Positions 55,861-63,892 of a stretch of 63,892 bases of DNA are shown here, piece after piece. Under the pieces are notes generated by a model. It saw only the letters and a list, made by a program, of their open reading frames with translations. It made no database searches and was not told the DNA's origin. The translations under genes and the position numbers were made by a program. Within the stretch, counting starts at the first letter, position 1; each line of letters opens with the position of its first letter. Source of the stretch: a virus (Duplodnaviria > Caudoviricetes); the IMG/VR virus record IMGVR_UViG_3300033433_000002, positions 1 through 63,892 of that record. One strand, 5' to 3'.

Positions 55861-55914
55861 TTGACTTCCCCCACGACCAGGAGTATAATCCCACCCAAAT
55901 CCTTGGGAGGGTGG
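55861..55914 (+). promoter_or_regulatory. Integrase promoter with an RBS-occluding hairpin
   Basis: TTGACT-17-TATAAT; CCACCC/GGGTGG stem encloses GGAGG. Confidence 0.75.
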
Positions 55915-55917
55915 ACC

Positions 55918-56976
55918 ATGGCCGGCAGCTTGAAGGAATACCGCCCCGGACAGTGGCGGATTAGAATGTCGTGGAAAGGGAAACGAATTGAAATCTACAC
56001 GATCGAGATCCGGGGAGTTTGGCACAAGCTGAGCGGAAACACTGGCCGCTATCTCCTGGATCACCTGTCTAAAGTCTACGATGACCCCGGTTTTGACCTT
56101 AACGACTACCTCCAGAAGAAAGATCACCCTTTCCAGTTTAAGGAGGCCTGCGACCTCTGGATCGACAATTCAAATTGCTCCCAGGAATGGTTGGAGGCCA
56201 GGGAAAAGATTGCCGAGAAGTACCTGAAGCCTTATTTCATCGACTTTGACATCCGAGACATCAAGAAGATTCACCTGGAGGGGTTTGTAAAATACCTCCG
56301 GGGCCATGACCTGAAAGACAAGACGATCCACAACTACCTCGGAGAGGTCAAGGCCATGCTCAACTTTCATGCCGAATCTCTCCCCCGGATCCCCGTCTTT
56401 CCAAAAGTCCCCTACCAGGAGCCCACCATCCGGTGGATGACCGCCGAGCAGCAGGATCACGTCTTTGAGTTCATCCCGGGGAGAGATTTGCCTATTTTCA
56501 CCTTCCTGCGCTACACAGGTTGCCGTCCAAACGAGGCCGGGGGATTACTGAGGGAGAATGTGTACCGGGATAAGGGGATCGTGGTTCTGGAGACGGTTTT
56601 AGGGGGTATGGGCCAGTTGAAACCCAATACTAAGACCAGAAAGAGCAAGCCGCTGCCTATCATCCCGGAGATTGAGTGGGCCCTGACTCCCAAGAGACTT
56701 GGGAAATATGTCTTTCAGACGGTCACCGGCCGGCCATACCGAAAGCGGCGACTGGAGGACATTTGGGATGAAGCCTGCAAGAGAGCCCTGGATACTTACA
56801 ATGTGCCGAGGGTCCCACTCTACCAAGGCCTGAAACACTCCTTCGGTTGCCAGCGCCTTGCCTCCGGGTTTACGCTCGATCAGATCGCCGCGGTCATGGG
56901 CCACACCGATACCAGGACAACAAAGAAATACGCCAAGTTTGAGGTAGCAAATTTAGCAAAGGTGATGAAGGGATGA
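55918..56976 (+). CDS. int: Tyrosine integrase
   Basis: TGCRPNEA, TKT, LKHSF, MGH.D..TT.KYA; attP immediately downstream. Confidence 0.92.
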   Translation: MAGSLKEYRPGQWRIRMSWKGKRIEIYTIEIRGVWHKLSGNTGRYLLDHLSKVYDDPGFDLNDYLQKKDHPFQFKEACDLWIDNSNCSQEWLEAREKIAEKYLKPYFIDFDIRDIKKIHLEGFVKYLRGHDLKDKTIHNYLGEVKAMLNFHAESLPRIPVFPKVPYQEPTIRWMTAEQQDHVFEFIPGRDLPIFTFLRYTGCRPNEAGGLLRENVYRDKGIVVLETVLGGMGQLKPNTKTRKSKPLPIIPEIEWALTPKRLGKYVFQTVTGRPYRKRRLEDIWDEACKRALDTYNVPRVPLYQGLKHSFGCQRLASGFTLDQIAAVMGHTDTRTTKKYAKFEVANLAKVMKG

Positions 56977-56977
56977 T

Positions 56978-57126
56978 GGGTGTAAACTGGGTGCAGAGGG
57001 TGAAAGCCAAAAAAAAGAGTAGTAAAATCAAATATCTGTTAACTGGGGGACGAGGATTCGAACCTCGTGTTTTACAGTAAAATCATTACACAATATTGAA
57101 CTTGCTAGGGGTGTATTATGGGTGTA
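56978..57126. other. attP: core matching a tRNA-Gln 3' end, flanked by arm-type sites
   Basis: Minus strand 57067-57043 CGAGGTTCGAATCCTCGTCCCCCAG; GGGTG(T/C)A pairs 11 bp apart at 56978/56989 and 57109/57120; AGTAAAATCA on both sides. Confidence 0.82.
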
Positions 57127-57132
57127 ACTAAC

Positions 57133-57232
57133 CAATCCCCCGTTGTCCTGTTTGTTAGCTCAACGGTAGAGCACCGGGCTTGCCGGAGGATATGGGTTCA
57201 AATCCCATGCAGCAGGATGACGGGGAAGATTG
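57133..57232 (+). ncRNA. tRNA-like RNA 1 (short anticodon arm, long acceptor-side stem)
   Basis: TAGCTC-AACGGTA-GAGC D-arm; CCGG-GCTTG-CCGG; ATGGG-TTCAAAT-CCCAT T-arm; bulged closing stem of ~20 bp. Confidence 0.7.
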
Positions 57233-57233
57233 A

Positions 57234-57302
57234 GGGGCTGTGCGGCGTGGTGGGAACACGCTCGCTGCGCGCAGAGTCGGTTCAAATCCGGCCACAGCCC
57301 CA
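57234..57302 (+). ncRNA. tRNA-like RNA 2 (9-bp acceptor stem, vestigial anticodon arm)
   Basis: GGGGCTGTG/CACAGCCCC; GCGTG-GTGGGAA-CACGC; CTG-CGCG-CAG; GTCGG-TTCAAAT-CCGGC. Confidence 0.72.
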
Positions 57303-57321
57303 ATAAATAAGGGAGGGAGAT

Positions 57322-57573
57322 ATGAAAGATATTATTAAATCGTTCAATACTATCCCATCGCTGTCCGTTGACGAAATGGGAACAAAATGGACATTTGGGA
57401 AAGGAGGACATGGATTTACAGATAGTACATGGTCGATCTCTGTATTTGTTGGAGAAGGGATTGATGTTGATATTTACCCTTTTCCTCCAGAATTATGCAA
57501 GATTATTGATTTCGTTTATGAGTCAGGACGTGAAGACAAGTTGAGGGAAATCAAGAACGTATTAGATATATAA
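57322..57573 (+). CDS. Hypothetical protein
   Basis: GGGAGG RBS. Confidence 0.65.
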   Translation: MKDIIKSFNTIPSLSVDEMGTKWTFGKGGHGFTDSTWSISVFVGEGIDVDIYPFPPELCKIIDFVYESGREDKLREIKNVLDI

Positions 57574-57596
57574 ATCATTCCGAAAGGGAGGGAAAA

Positions 57597-57863
57597 ATGC
57601 TTTGCAATACCTGTAAGGAGTGGGGAGAAAAAACGACGCTATTGGTTAATATCCAAAATGATCCTGCCCGTCACTGTCATGGCCACGACAAACCACCTGC
57701 TGAGAGTAAGGAGAAGTGTTGGTGTGAATACACGCCGGAAGAAAGAGGGGTTCAGTTTTCGTATCCTCCAAGGGTTAATCTAAATAACGATGGGTATTCG
57801 TTCAAGACTTGGGCCTGGAGGTATTGCCCAGTTTGCGGAAGGAAGATGAGGGATTGCCAATGA
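57597..57863 (+). CDS. Zn-ribbon hypothetical protein
   Basis: CNTC, CWC, YCPVCGRK. Confidence 0.7.
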   Translation: MLCNTCKEWGEKTTLLVNIQNDPARHCHGHDKPPAESKEKCWCEYTPEERGVQFSYPPRVNLNNDGYSFKTWAWRYCPVCGRKMRDCQ

Positions 57864-58045
57864 AATTGGAAGAGGTTGAGAAACGATGGCCGCCTAATGT
57901 GTTTTATCCTCCGCGGATAGATGAGTATGACGTAGAGGATATAAGAAAAGCCAGCAATGACATTCAATGGCTCATCAATCGCGTGAAGGAACTAGAAGCC
58001 GATCTCTCCCGCTGCCGAGAGATGTATAGGAGGGATTGCGGATGA
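57860..58045 (+). CDS. Ead/Ea22-like small protein, paralog A
   Basis: LEEVEKRW...A..DI.WLI.RVKELE...CREMYRRDC. Confidence 0.65.
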   Translation: MKLEEVEKRWPPNVFYPPRIDEYDVEDIRKASNDIQWLINRVKELEADLSRCREMYRRDCG

Positions 58046-58269
58046 CACTGGAAGAGATTGAGGAACGATGGAGTTATGGAACTGGAGTTGAGTTAGATTG
58101 GGATATAGCCAAAGAGGACGTTGACTGGCTCATCTCCAAGGTCAAGGAGTTAGAACGTCAGGTAAAGTTCCTGGAGGTTCGGAATAAGGACTTGACGGAT
58201 GACCTTAAAAAAGAGAGGGCTATGTTAGACCATTGCAGGGAGATGTATAGGAGGGATTGTGACAAATAG
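58042..58269 (+). CDS. Ead/Ea22-like small protein, paralog B
   Basis: LEEIEERW...A..DV.WLI.KVKELE...CREMYRRDC. Confidence 0.65.
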   Translation: MTLEEIEERWSYGTGVELDWDIAKEDVDWLISKVKELERQVKFLEVRNKDLTDDLKKERAMLDHCREMYRRDCDK

Positions 58270-58281
58270 GAGGAGCAAAAT

Positions 58282-58530
58282 ATGAAACACAGACAGAATG
58301 ATTATTTATATTATGAGCCACCAAGGGTTTATTCTGAAGAAGAAATAAAACAAATGGAGGCACAAATTGAAGCAATGACTCAATACGATATGTGTCTCCG
58401 ATGGAGATTTGCTAAATCAGGAGATCCGTTTTTTAGGCGTGATCTTCCATTATTTGAAAAATTCAATAAACGATTCAAAGAACTTGGAGGATTCACGCCT
58501 GAAATATCAAAGGATATTGGATGGGAATAG
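58282..58530 (+). CDS. Hypothetical protein
   Basis: AGGAGG RBS; WRFAKSGDPFF and GGFTPEISKDIGW. Confidence 0.7.
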   Translation: MKHRQNDYLYYEPPRVYSEEEIKQMEAQIEAMTQYDMCLRWRFAKSGDPFFRRDLPLFEKFNKRFKELGGFTPEISKDIGWE

Positions 58531-58546
58531 TAGGGACCGCCACATA

Positions 58547-58777
58547 ATGGGAAAAAACCTAACCGATGCGATAAAAGCCAATGTACTTATCGAGAAATTG
58601 AAGGGTGCAATTCTCGGCAATATCGTTGTTACGATAAGAGACTCTAAAACCCATGAAGTTATATGGTGTTGTAAAAATGGAGAATTTTACGGGTCATTCA
58701 GGAATGTCAAATGGGAAGTAGATCAGGATATTGAATTAACGGCTGTATTGGAAGCGCTAAGAGAAGTATTAAAATAG
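58547..58777 (+). CDS. Hypothetical protein bounded by an 18-bp direct repeat
   Basis: Start MGKNLTD; AT-rich. Confidence 0.55.
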   Translation: MGKNLTDAIKANVLIEKLKGAILGNIVVTIRDSKTHEVIWCCKNGEFYGSFRNVKWEVDQDIELTAVLEALREVLK

Positions 58778-58833
58778 CAGGGACCGCCACTTGACGGCCC
58801 CTGAGTTCCCTCCGTTGGTGGATGAGGCTATAA

Positions 58834-59025
58834 ATGGGTTTTATAGGAAAAGCAAGAGGACACGTTGAAGAACAGAAATTGTCATGGGACAAAATAAGAG
58901 AAATAAAATCACCCATCCCTATACAAATAGAATGGGTGATTGAAGAAGATGGCTTTTCGCGCCCACATTTTACATTAGATGGAAAAACCTATGGCCTGGT
59001 TGCCCGATCCCCTCGTGGTGGATGA
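58834..59025 (+). CDS. Hypothetical protein bounded by a 15-bp direct repeat
   Basis: GAGG RBS lies within the repeat. Confidence 0.55.
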   Translation: MGFIGKARGHVEEQKLSWDKIREIKSPIPIQIEWVIEEDGFSRPHFTLDGKTYGLVARSPRGG

Positions 59026-59120
59026 GGCTACCTACTTGCCACCAGTAATGCATAGCTTTTATACTTGATATGGTAAGTTGTGGCTAATATAAGACACCCC
59101 CTTTGTTAAAGGTGAACTAT

Positions 59121-59552
59121 TTAAAACTTCAAAAGCGCTGGAATATATTTCGTCACGTTAGGTGCATACTGATTGATTACTGATGAGACAATAGGCAAAA
59201 TTAACTGCCCTACCTCACCCACCGTCTGACCGACATCCGCATCCGTAATGGCTGAGACATCATAACTCGGAAGTCCCCCGGGTGTAGGATTCGGAGTCAT
59301 CTTTATCTTAGCGGCTATCGTATTCAAGGCTTCCATAGCATCAATGGCTGTCTTGGGAAGCGTCAGGTAATTTGTTCCCAACCCGTACTTGATAGCATTA
59401 AAATTCATAGGCCATGTGCTTAGGAAGTCACAAGCCCATGTTCGGGTGTTCTGGGCATTGGTCTGGTTATACTGAATTACCTGAGTGTTGATCCCCCCGC
59501 ACCCTATCAATCCGAGTGCCACGATAAAAACGATTGCCAGTTTCAGTTTCAT
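59121..59552 (-). CDS. Lipoprotein (last gene of the lysis cassette)
   Basis: MKLKLAIVFIVALGLIG-C lipobox. Confidence 0.7.
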   Translation of the reverse strand: MKLKLAIVFIVALGLIGCGGINTQVIQYNQTNAQNTRTWACDFLSTWPMNFNAIKYGLGTNYLTLPKTAIDAMEALNTIAAKIKMTPNPTPGGLPSYDVSAITDADVGQTVGEVGQLILPIVSSVINQYAPNVTKYIPALLKF

Positions 59553-60322
59553 ACATCCCCCTTTCCTTGGATCTCTCCTTCGATGATCTCAAAATAGGTG
59601 AGTTTCCCGGTTATCGGGCTTCCACTGTTGTAGTATCCTCTTTCCTCGTAAAAGTGAGTATGTCCCGTAAATATCTCCCAATCTGTATTATTGTAGGCAA
59701 GGTCAAGCATTAACGACCTGACCGTTGCGTGTCGATCAATAGAACTAGCATGAGGGGAGGAGTGAGGGTCTATCCCCAACTCATCGGCCATCCTGACCAT
59801 TGCCCTGCCAATCTTCCAACCCTCATCATTGGGCCAATCTCCAATGTGACCGTGGTAGAAGAAGAACTTTTTGTTGAAGCCCTCGAAGATAGCGGCAGGT
59901 AAAAGGAATGAAAGTTCATCCATAACGTGATTGCTGATCAGTTCATAGCACATTGGGACTGCTCTGTGTATTCTTTGCCTTTGTTTCTCAATCCTGCCAC
60001 ATAATTTTTGATGTGCATTTTCACAAGCCTTCAAAAAATAGGATCTCCACACATCCCAAACCTCATCTAATACCCATGTGTAATCCTGATGGGAGTCAAG
60101 GAGATCAAGAATGGCTGACTCCATCCCGCTACACTTCAGAGGGTCAATGTGCTTCCCTATCCCGCCATCTCCTGCATGAAGGTCTGTAAGCCTCAACACC
60201 TTGTTGGGCATCGGAAGATGGGGCAAGGTTGCTATCTGATGATCAAACCATTCTTGCAGGTTTGCTTTCTCCATAAGGCGTAGTCTTTCCCCAAGGTCGG
60301 TCTCGGTAGTGGTTTCTGTCAT
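59549..60322 (-). CDS. Calcineurin-like metallophosphoesterase
   Basis: TDLH, D..D.W, SNH, HGH, GHTH, Y.NSGS. Confidence 0.8.
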   Translation of the reverse strand: MTETTTETDLGERLRLMEKANLQEWFDHQIATLPHLPMPNKVLRLTDLHAGDGGIGKHIDPLKCSGMESAILDLLDSHQDYTWVLDEVWDVWRSYFLKACENAHQKLCGRIEKQRQRIHRAVPMCYELISNHVMDELSFLLPAAIFEGFNKKFFFYHGHIGDWPNDEGWKIGRAMVRMADELGIDPHSSPHASSIDRHATVRSLMLDLAYNNTDWEIFTGHTHFYEERGYYNSGSPITGKLTYFEIIEGEIQGKGDV

Positions 60323-60588
60323 GGCTTTGGTGGTTCCGGAGGTTTCTCCTCCAACTTCTTTTCAATGGTGTCTGACTTAGCAGCCGAGCCGCTTGACGAC
60401 CCCCAGTAATAAGACAGAAGTGCACCAAGGCCAGTCCCAAGCAAGAAGCCTGTCACCGTGTCGGAGTGTTTGATACCCGTTTCTGGTATTGGGATAAATG
60501 TTACCAGAAAGACATAGCCGAACGAGATAGCCAGTATCCCACAGGCCATCCAAAGAACAATCCTCTCTTTAAACTGTTTCTCATCCAT
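60319..60588 (-). CDS. Holin-like 2-TM protein
   Basis: Two TMs, then YYWGSSSGS..K. Confidence 0.7.
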   Translation of the reverse strand: MDEKQFKERIVLWMACGILAISFGYVFLVTFIPIPETGIKHSDTVTGFLLGTGLGALLSYYWGSSSGSAAKSDTIEKKLEEKPPEPPKP

Positions 60589-60596
60589 AACTCACC

Positions 60597-60794
60597 TCAT
60601 TTTCCGACCCTGATGTTACCGATCCCTCCCAAGTTTGCCCCTAGAAGAACGGTAAGTAGCCAGACGACTACGGCAATGATGACCACGATGTTTAGAATCT
60701 GTTTGATCTTCGGGTCCATTGGTATGTACGTGTTTACGAGCCAAAGCAATACCCCAATGACGATTAAAACAAGAACTAATGTGACTAACGGCAT
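60597..60794 (-). CDS. Thivi_2564-like small membrane protein
   Basis: LIVIGVLLWLVNTYIPMD.KIK.ILN.VV.IAVV.WLL. Confidence 0.8.
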   Translation of the reverse strand: MPLVTLVLVLIVIGVLLWLVNTYIPMDPKIKQILNIVVIIAVVVWLLTVLLGANLGGIGNIRVGK

Positions 60795-60846
60795 CTTTTA
60801 TCACCTCCTTCAAATAGATTGGTTCAATGTGAAATCGAATAATCAT

Positions 60847-61359
60847 CTAACTCCAGTAAATCAACATCTGCATTGTGGAAGAAGGGGTCACTTCCAACAA
60901 CAACCGCTTTCCGATCATATTTATCCCCTTAAACCGTGCCGTGTAAGAAGCATTCCCCCCATCCCAAGGAATCGGAGATCCCACCTTATTGTTATTGTCG
61001 TCAAGAACGGATAGAACCAAGGTGCTTGGATACCTCTGTCCGCGGTCGGCTACCCCAACAAAGGACACCTTTGCCTTCCCAACGGATACTGGGTCAATAA
61101 GGAAGGTGTAGGTTTTCCCTCCTGTTGCCTGGAAATCAGGGACGGAAGAAGGGGTCGTGGCAGCGTAGTTATAGCCGAAAAACCCGCCGTTAGGTTGGTT
61201 CAAGGGAAGCCATGTGGTTGGAGGGATAATGACATCAGGGACACAAACCCCATTCTCAAGGTGCTGGCCGACCGGACAGGTGATAACAGGCACGCCTCCT
61301 TCATCCCTTTGGTTTGCCATAATCCAAGCCTGTAAATCCGAAACTGGAACTACCTTCAT
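60847..61359 (-). CDS. Protein sharing its C-terminal domain with tail gene 21126-21725
   Basis: CPVGQHLENGVCVPD motif, then FFGYN..ATGG..IDPVSVG..GGNA. Confidence 0.6.
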   Translation of the reverse strand: MKVVPVSDLQAWIMANQRDEGGVPVITCPVGQHLENGVCVPDVIIPPTTWLPLNQPNGGFFGYNYAATTPSSVPDFQATGGKTYTFLIDPVSVGKAKVSFVGVADRGQRYPSTLVLSVLDDNNNKVGSPIPWDGGNASYTARFKGINMIGKRLLLEVTPSSTMQMLIYWS

Positions 61360-62354
61360 AAACTTCCTCCTTTCATTTTAAGAAGCATTTGTGCCACTTC
61401 ATTGTGAAACGGATACCAAGCCATTTGGTATTCCCTCAACGAAATACCTTCTGCCGAGCAACAGGGGCCCAGACCTAACCCCTTACTCACATACTCAGGC
61501 TTATTCTCTGCCTCAATCTGTGTCTTGATCCTGTCAGTCGTTGCAGGATAAGCAACTCCTCCTGGGGTCTGTGGGTAGGTATCGAAGAGTTCGACGTTTA
61601 TTGTGGCCTTTCCCCCATGTGATTCTACCACCTCCTTGTGAATCTTTGCCTTGTTTAACCAGTCCTGATGAACTGGTCCACCTATCACCCTTCGGGGAAG
61701 ATTGCCGTCGCATCCTACGCCATCCTGGAGGGCCGAGATTATGTTAGCCTGCCCTATAGTGGAGCAAAAGCTCTCCAAAACGTCCCTAACGTCACTGTCC
61801 GAAGGAACTGGAGGTCCGGCCCCATAAAAAGGGCTCAGGTATATGGGGACATCCCTTAATCCTCTGAGAATTGGTATCACCTTCTGGTAGGCTGTTCCAT
61901 AGCCTTTCCATCCAATGCTAAACTCCATACACCCATACCAGCCATCTGGTTTATACTTTAAGAGGGTTTGGGCCATAACTTGAGTATCGGCAACCCACTT
62001 ATCCTCATCCCATCCTGTATACCAAGCTCCTGCCGTTGGAAGGATTATCTTGAATCCCACCTCTCTGGCAATCCCTATGAAGATTGATAAATCCCCACTG
62101 TCCTGAGTAAATGATAGGGAAAGTGATCTTACCCCAATCGCCCACCATAAGAGAAGATCGGAGAGGATGGTGTCACGGTTGGTTAGAACAGGGCAAAACA
62201 GAGATTCTATCCCAATCTTCTTCTCCTCCACCGGAATAGGTTCAGGAGTCGGGCAAGGCGGAGGAACAGGGCAAGGTGGCGGCTTAGGACACACCTGATC
62301 CAGATAAGGTTGAATAGCTTTCTTGAGCCAAGGTGGTACGGGTTTAGGTGGCAT
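61356..62354 (-). CDS. Glycoside-hydrolase-like TIM barrel (DUF4434-like) with a Pro/Cys-rich N-terminus
   Basis: GWY...E, LSPF, ALQDGVG, NVELF, PA...RI..QI. Confidence 0.65.
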   Translation of the reverse strand: MPPKPVPPWLKKAIQPYLDQVCPKPPPCPVPPPCPTPEPIPVEEKKIGIESLFCPVLTNRDTILSDLLLWWAIGVRSLSLSFTQDSGDLSIFIGIAREVGFKIILPTAGAWYTGWDEDKWVADTQVMAQTLLKYKPDGWYGCMEFSIGWKGYGTAYQKVIPILRGLRDVPIYLSPFYGAGPPVPSDSDVRDVLESFCSTIGQANIISALQDGVGCDGNLPRRVIGGPVHQDWLNKAKIHKEVVESHGGKATINVELFDTYPQTPGGVAYPATTDRIKTQIEAENKPEYVSKGLGLGPCCSAEGISLREYQMAWYPFHNEVAQMLLKMKGGSL

Positions 62355-62360
62355 TTAAAG

Positions 62361-62528
62361 TTATCTTCCTTCCCAATGTAATGAAAATACTGTTTTACAA
62401 TACTTACATTTCCACTCAATAGGACAAGAAACAGGGCCAGGGTAGCCCTTCGGATAACGAAATCCTCTCGCAAGCATACCTTTCTTCCCACATTTAGGGC
62501 AATACATATTTACAGGTTTAGTTGTCAT
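62361..62528 (-). CDS. 55-aa Zn-ribbon protein
   Basis: MTTKPVNMYCPKCG...WKCKYCKTVF; ATGA overlap with the endolysin. Confidence 0.65.
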   Translation of the reverse strand: MTTKPVNMYCPKCGKKGMLARGFRYPKGYPGPVSCPIEWKCKYCKTVFSLHWEGR

Positions 62529-62842
62529 CCTTCAAAGTGTCCTAAGTCCCAATCAATTCTTTTATGCCCACCTACCTTATCCCATTCATCGTGCCAATGA
62601 TTCCAACCCATGATAGGATCAGTGAGCATCCCTGCCCGCTGAAAATAAATATCAACTGCTCTTCCGAATTGGTGATAGCTGATGATTGCCTTACCATCGC
62701 ATTTACTCTTTCCTGCTTTGAAAAGCCTCTCTTGTTCCTCATCAGAGCGTTTGCAATAGTCAAGAAGCCAATGCTCTCCTGCGTTGCTCATCTCTACTAA
62801 GAGAATAAGAAGTTTCTCGTTAAACTCAAGACGTGAGTTCAT
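62525..62842 (-). CDS. Endolysin, M15 family peptidase
   Basis: RS.EEQ..L...G.S, S.HQ.G.AVD, WD.GHFE. Confidence 0.88.
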   Translation of the reverse strand: MNSRLEFNEKLLILLVEMSNAGEHWLLDYCKRSDEEQERLFKAGKSKCDGKAIISYHQFGRAVDIYFQRAGMLTDPIMGWNHWHDEWDKVGGHKRIDWDLGHFEG

Positions 62843-63141
62843 TTCTTCCCCTTCCCCAACTCCTCAATCTCCTTATTAAGTTGCTTCTTCTTAACTTCTA
62901 AATTTCTCAATTCTTCGATGATGGTCTCATCATTGGGTTTAACTTTCATCCTATCCTGTAACTGCCAAACCCTCTCATTAATTTTCTGGACTTGGTTATT
63001 TTTAAGTTCATTCTGAACTACTCTCTCAAACTCTTCAAACTTCCAGGAGAGAAGGTAGCGATTCTCTAAAAAGAAGAACAAAGCAAAGGCTATGCTAATA
63101 ACCGCAGCTAGTGATTTGATGTTATCGCTTAGGTCTTTCAT
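62839..63141 (-). CDS. TM-anchored coiled-coil protein (lysis-associated)
   Basis: N-terminal TM plus heptads. Confidence 0.55.
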   Translation of the reverse strand: MKDLSDNIKSLAAVISIAFALFFFLENRYLLSWKFEEFERVVQNELKNNQVQKINERVWQLQDRMKVKPNDETIIEELRNLEVKKKQLNKEIEELGKGKK

Positions 63142-63719
63142 TTTCCCACCTTCATCTTTATATCCTGTTCCTTATCGGGATGTTTAGGCGCATTTACCCT
63201 GAATGATTCACTTCTCTTTTTTATTGTGACCTTCCTCAAAACGTTTATATCGTAAACATACTGCATCTCGAAGAAGTAGGTTCCGCTCGGGACTTCATTG
63301 GGGATGACATAGCCAAAACTCACAAAGTCAAACTTACCAACATCCTTTGGATTAATGGAGTCTGGAAGGGTACGAACAATATCATTTACGATGCGCCGAT
63401 AAATTGTTGGAGTATCATCAGTGAACTTCTCACCCCTGAACCTTAATGGAACAACATCCCCAGACTCAAAGGTGTAGGTAGTATTACAGTGAGCATATTC
63501 CCAAGCGATGGGGATTTTATCATCATTGAATCTTATTACAGTCCATGGGCAATAAGCATCATAGATAAGATAGGCGACTATAAATACACTGGATAAAACG
63601 AGGAGCAAAGAACCTACGTTTGCCATCCTCTGTAATTGACTTGGATATAATTCAGCCTCTAATCCGTGGTGATCGCTTATCCTGGAATGGAACCATTTTT
63701 TTATAGTAAACACTCTCAT
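63138..63719 (-). CDS. Single-TM protein with an Ig-like periplasmic domain (lysis-associated)
   Basis: TM, then beta-rich IP..VPSGTY...Y..N.LR......SESF.V. Confidence 0.55.
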   Translation of the reverse strand: MRVFTIKKWFHSRISDHHGLEAELYPSQLQRMANVGSLLLVLSSVFIVAYLIYDAYCPWTVIRFNDDKIPIAWEYAHCNTTYTFESGDVVPLRFRGEKFTDDTPTIYRRIVNDIVRTLPDSINPKDVGKFDFVSFGYVIPNEVPSGTYFFEMQYVYDINVLRKVTIKKRSESFRVNAPKHPDKEQDIKMKVGK

Positions 63720-63892
63720 CCTCCCTTCCTAAGAATGAACGATAATCCAGCTGCCACCACTCCACTTAGAACCAGAAGGGTCATGGCCCAGGCAAGTTTC
63801 TGGATAGGCCCGAAAGCACTCTTAAATGATTCCTTGCTGAGAAGGAGAACAAAATAGCTTTCCTTATCTCTTTCCACCTTCTCTCTGAACTT
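63716..63892 (-). CDS. 3' part of the 93-aa junction-spanning gene
   Basis: Continues in frame from 232; stop overlaps the next ATG (ATGA). Confidence 0.75.
   Translation of the reverse strand, partial: KFREKVERDKESYFVLLLSKESFKSAFGPIQKLAWAMTLLVLSGVVAAGLSFILRKGG
63766..63892. repeat. Terminal direct repeat, copy 2
   Basis: Identical to 1-127. Confidence 0.97.

Noticed and set aside
57043-57067. Complete tRNA gene on the minus strand
   Set aside because: Only the T-arm and acceptor 3' strand are present; interpreted as the att core
57133-57302. Canonical tRNAs or tRNA-Sec
   Set aside because: No 7-nt anticodon loop, no UCA anticodon and no long variable arm
58019-59030. CRISPR array or integron attC sites
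   Set aside because: Three different repeat pairs, each present twice around whole genes; no GTTRRRY-type palindromic attC structure seen
1-63892. Genome-wide stop-codon reassignment
   Set aside because: Coding density is high under the standard code and TGA, TAG and TAA all end coupled genes; the in-frame TGA at 52193 is an isolated case

Overview
The window is a complete circular genome of a temperate podovirus-like tailed phage. Bases 1-127 repeat as 63766-63892, giving a 63,765-bp circle, and a 93-aa gene reads intact across the join. The long leftward arm runs, in transcription order: replication/late-regulatory genes, terminase, P22-like portal, a nine-gene glycan/modification insert (two GT2-like, one GT9, two SAM methyltransferases, radical SAM, HNH, acyltransferase, PIG-L deacetylase), scaffold, CsrA-like gene, N4-gp56-like capsid, tail adaptor/nozzle and ejection proteins. 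It continues with a 3690-aa DarB-like polyvalent protein, fibre/spike-like proteins that unexpectedly carry Sec signal peptides, and an extended lysis cassette. The rightward arm holds a divergent promoter/operator switch, a secreted collagen plus endostatin-like protein, recombination genes, DUF5131, a tyrosine integrase, attP (3' end of a tRNA-Gln), two tRNA-shaped RNAs without a normal anticodon arm, and small genes bounded by short direct repeats. The strongest leads are: (1) signal peptides on tail-fibre/spike proteins, (2) anticodon-less tRNA mimics beside attP, (3) a candidate selenoprotein with in-frame TGA at a Cys position plus a SECIS-like hairpin, (4) the likely virion-glycosylation cluster, and (5) recoding candidates (ACG start in rep, frameshifted repressor, T9 slippage). 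All family calls come from motif recognition by eye; no database search was run and the host is unknown.
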